Source of the DNA: Octopus sinensis | Taxonomy: Eukaryota | Length of the DNA stretch: 64,000 nt | Direction of reading: 5' to 3' | NCBI RefSeq assembly: GCF_006345805.1 | Contig: NC_043010.1 | Coordinates: 10,168,001-10,232,000, forward strand | Shown: one piece after another, positions 63,504 through 64,000 of the stretch | Numbering within the stretch: position 1 is the stretch's first letter | Layout: each line of letters begins with the position of its first letter | Position numbers and translations under genes: made by a program | The notes under the pieces: model-generated | Databases searched by the model: none | What the model was told of the DNA's origin: nothing | The model's input: only the letters and a program-made list of their open reading frames with translations

Positions 63504-64000
63504 ATTATTAATAATAAAGCTAACCATTTCTTTCATTTTTCTTTTACTTATATTAGTATATCCATTATAACAACAATTAGACAAGAAACGTTTACCATTC
63601 TTTAAAGATATACATTTAGTAAAAATAATTTCCAATATTCTAAAAATATGACCGTCTACACATTTAAGTTTTAAGTTTGTATATAGTGTCAAAAAATCAT
63701 ACACATTCATACTCTTAACTTTCTTACATTTGATCAGTCTATCTAGAAATTCCTTAGTTGATCTAACACTCCAAAAATAATTAAATCCTGAAATGTTATA
63801 AATTTTGTCACAATATTTAAAAAAATATGTTCTAACAACATTTAAAGCATCATTAATCAATATCGATAGCTGTTTATTTGTACAATTTGTAGCTCCTGCT
63901 ATCAATCTACTTTTAAAAGGAACCTTATGTAGTTTAGGAATCCAAAAACATTTAGGGAAACTTTTATCCTTTTCTTCCACTTCTAAACCACTTAATCTTT

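Larger units (their letters stand above)
62310..64000 (-). mobile_element. Penelope-like element RT (Naiad-like), decayed, extends beyond the window
   Basis: FWIPKLHKVPFKSRLIAG, VYDFLTLYT, GIPMSGYCSPLLADLYL, RNINDI (decayed RYIDD), IYPSEL, NYLDV and YGVCARKIVRY. Continues past the SINE as RINKLLRYLVKQG to a stop at 62310-62312. Confidence 0.88.

Overview
AT-rich, repeat-saturated eukaryotic DNA. The tRNA-derived SINE families, RTE LINEs with (GAT)n tails and very dense (TA)n/(CA)n/(CAT)n/(GATA)n microsatellites point to an octopus (cephalopod) genome; this is an inference. I find no intact long host CDS, rRNA, true tRNA or CRISPR array, and nearly all ORFs in the track are microsatellite or SINE read-throughs. 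Recognisable content: (1) a 3.1-kb 5'-truncated, frameshifted RTE LINE at about 718-3810 with a PHD-like C4HC3 finger inside its RT, plus many short RTE 3' ends and two older RTE fragments. (2) A full-length but decayed Tc1-like transposon with DD36E spacing at 6132-7403. (3) An internally deleted mariner at 59152-60300 with a SINE inserted in its left TIR. (4) A Penelope-like RT running off the right edge and lacking a C-terminal endonuclease (Naiad-like), interrupted by younger elements. (5) Dozens of tRNA-derived SINEs (families called A, B and CORE-type C/D here), piggyBac-, hAT- and Helentron-like non-autonomous elements, and three long fold-back hairpins next to (TA)n. (6) A 100-N assembly gap. 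The most interesting signal is a set of five minimal type I hammerhead-ribozyme-like folds with palindromic stem III, in four different short elements (four of the five motifs sit in (TA)n-flanked elements); three of the motifs carry C instead of U at core position 4. A possible host gene on the + strand is suggested by a terminal exon encoding a C-terminal transmembrane helix (54085-54150) and a few weaker exon candidates.
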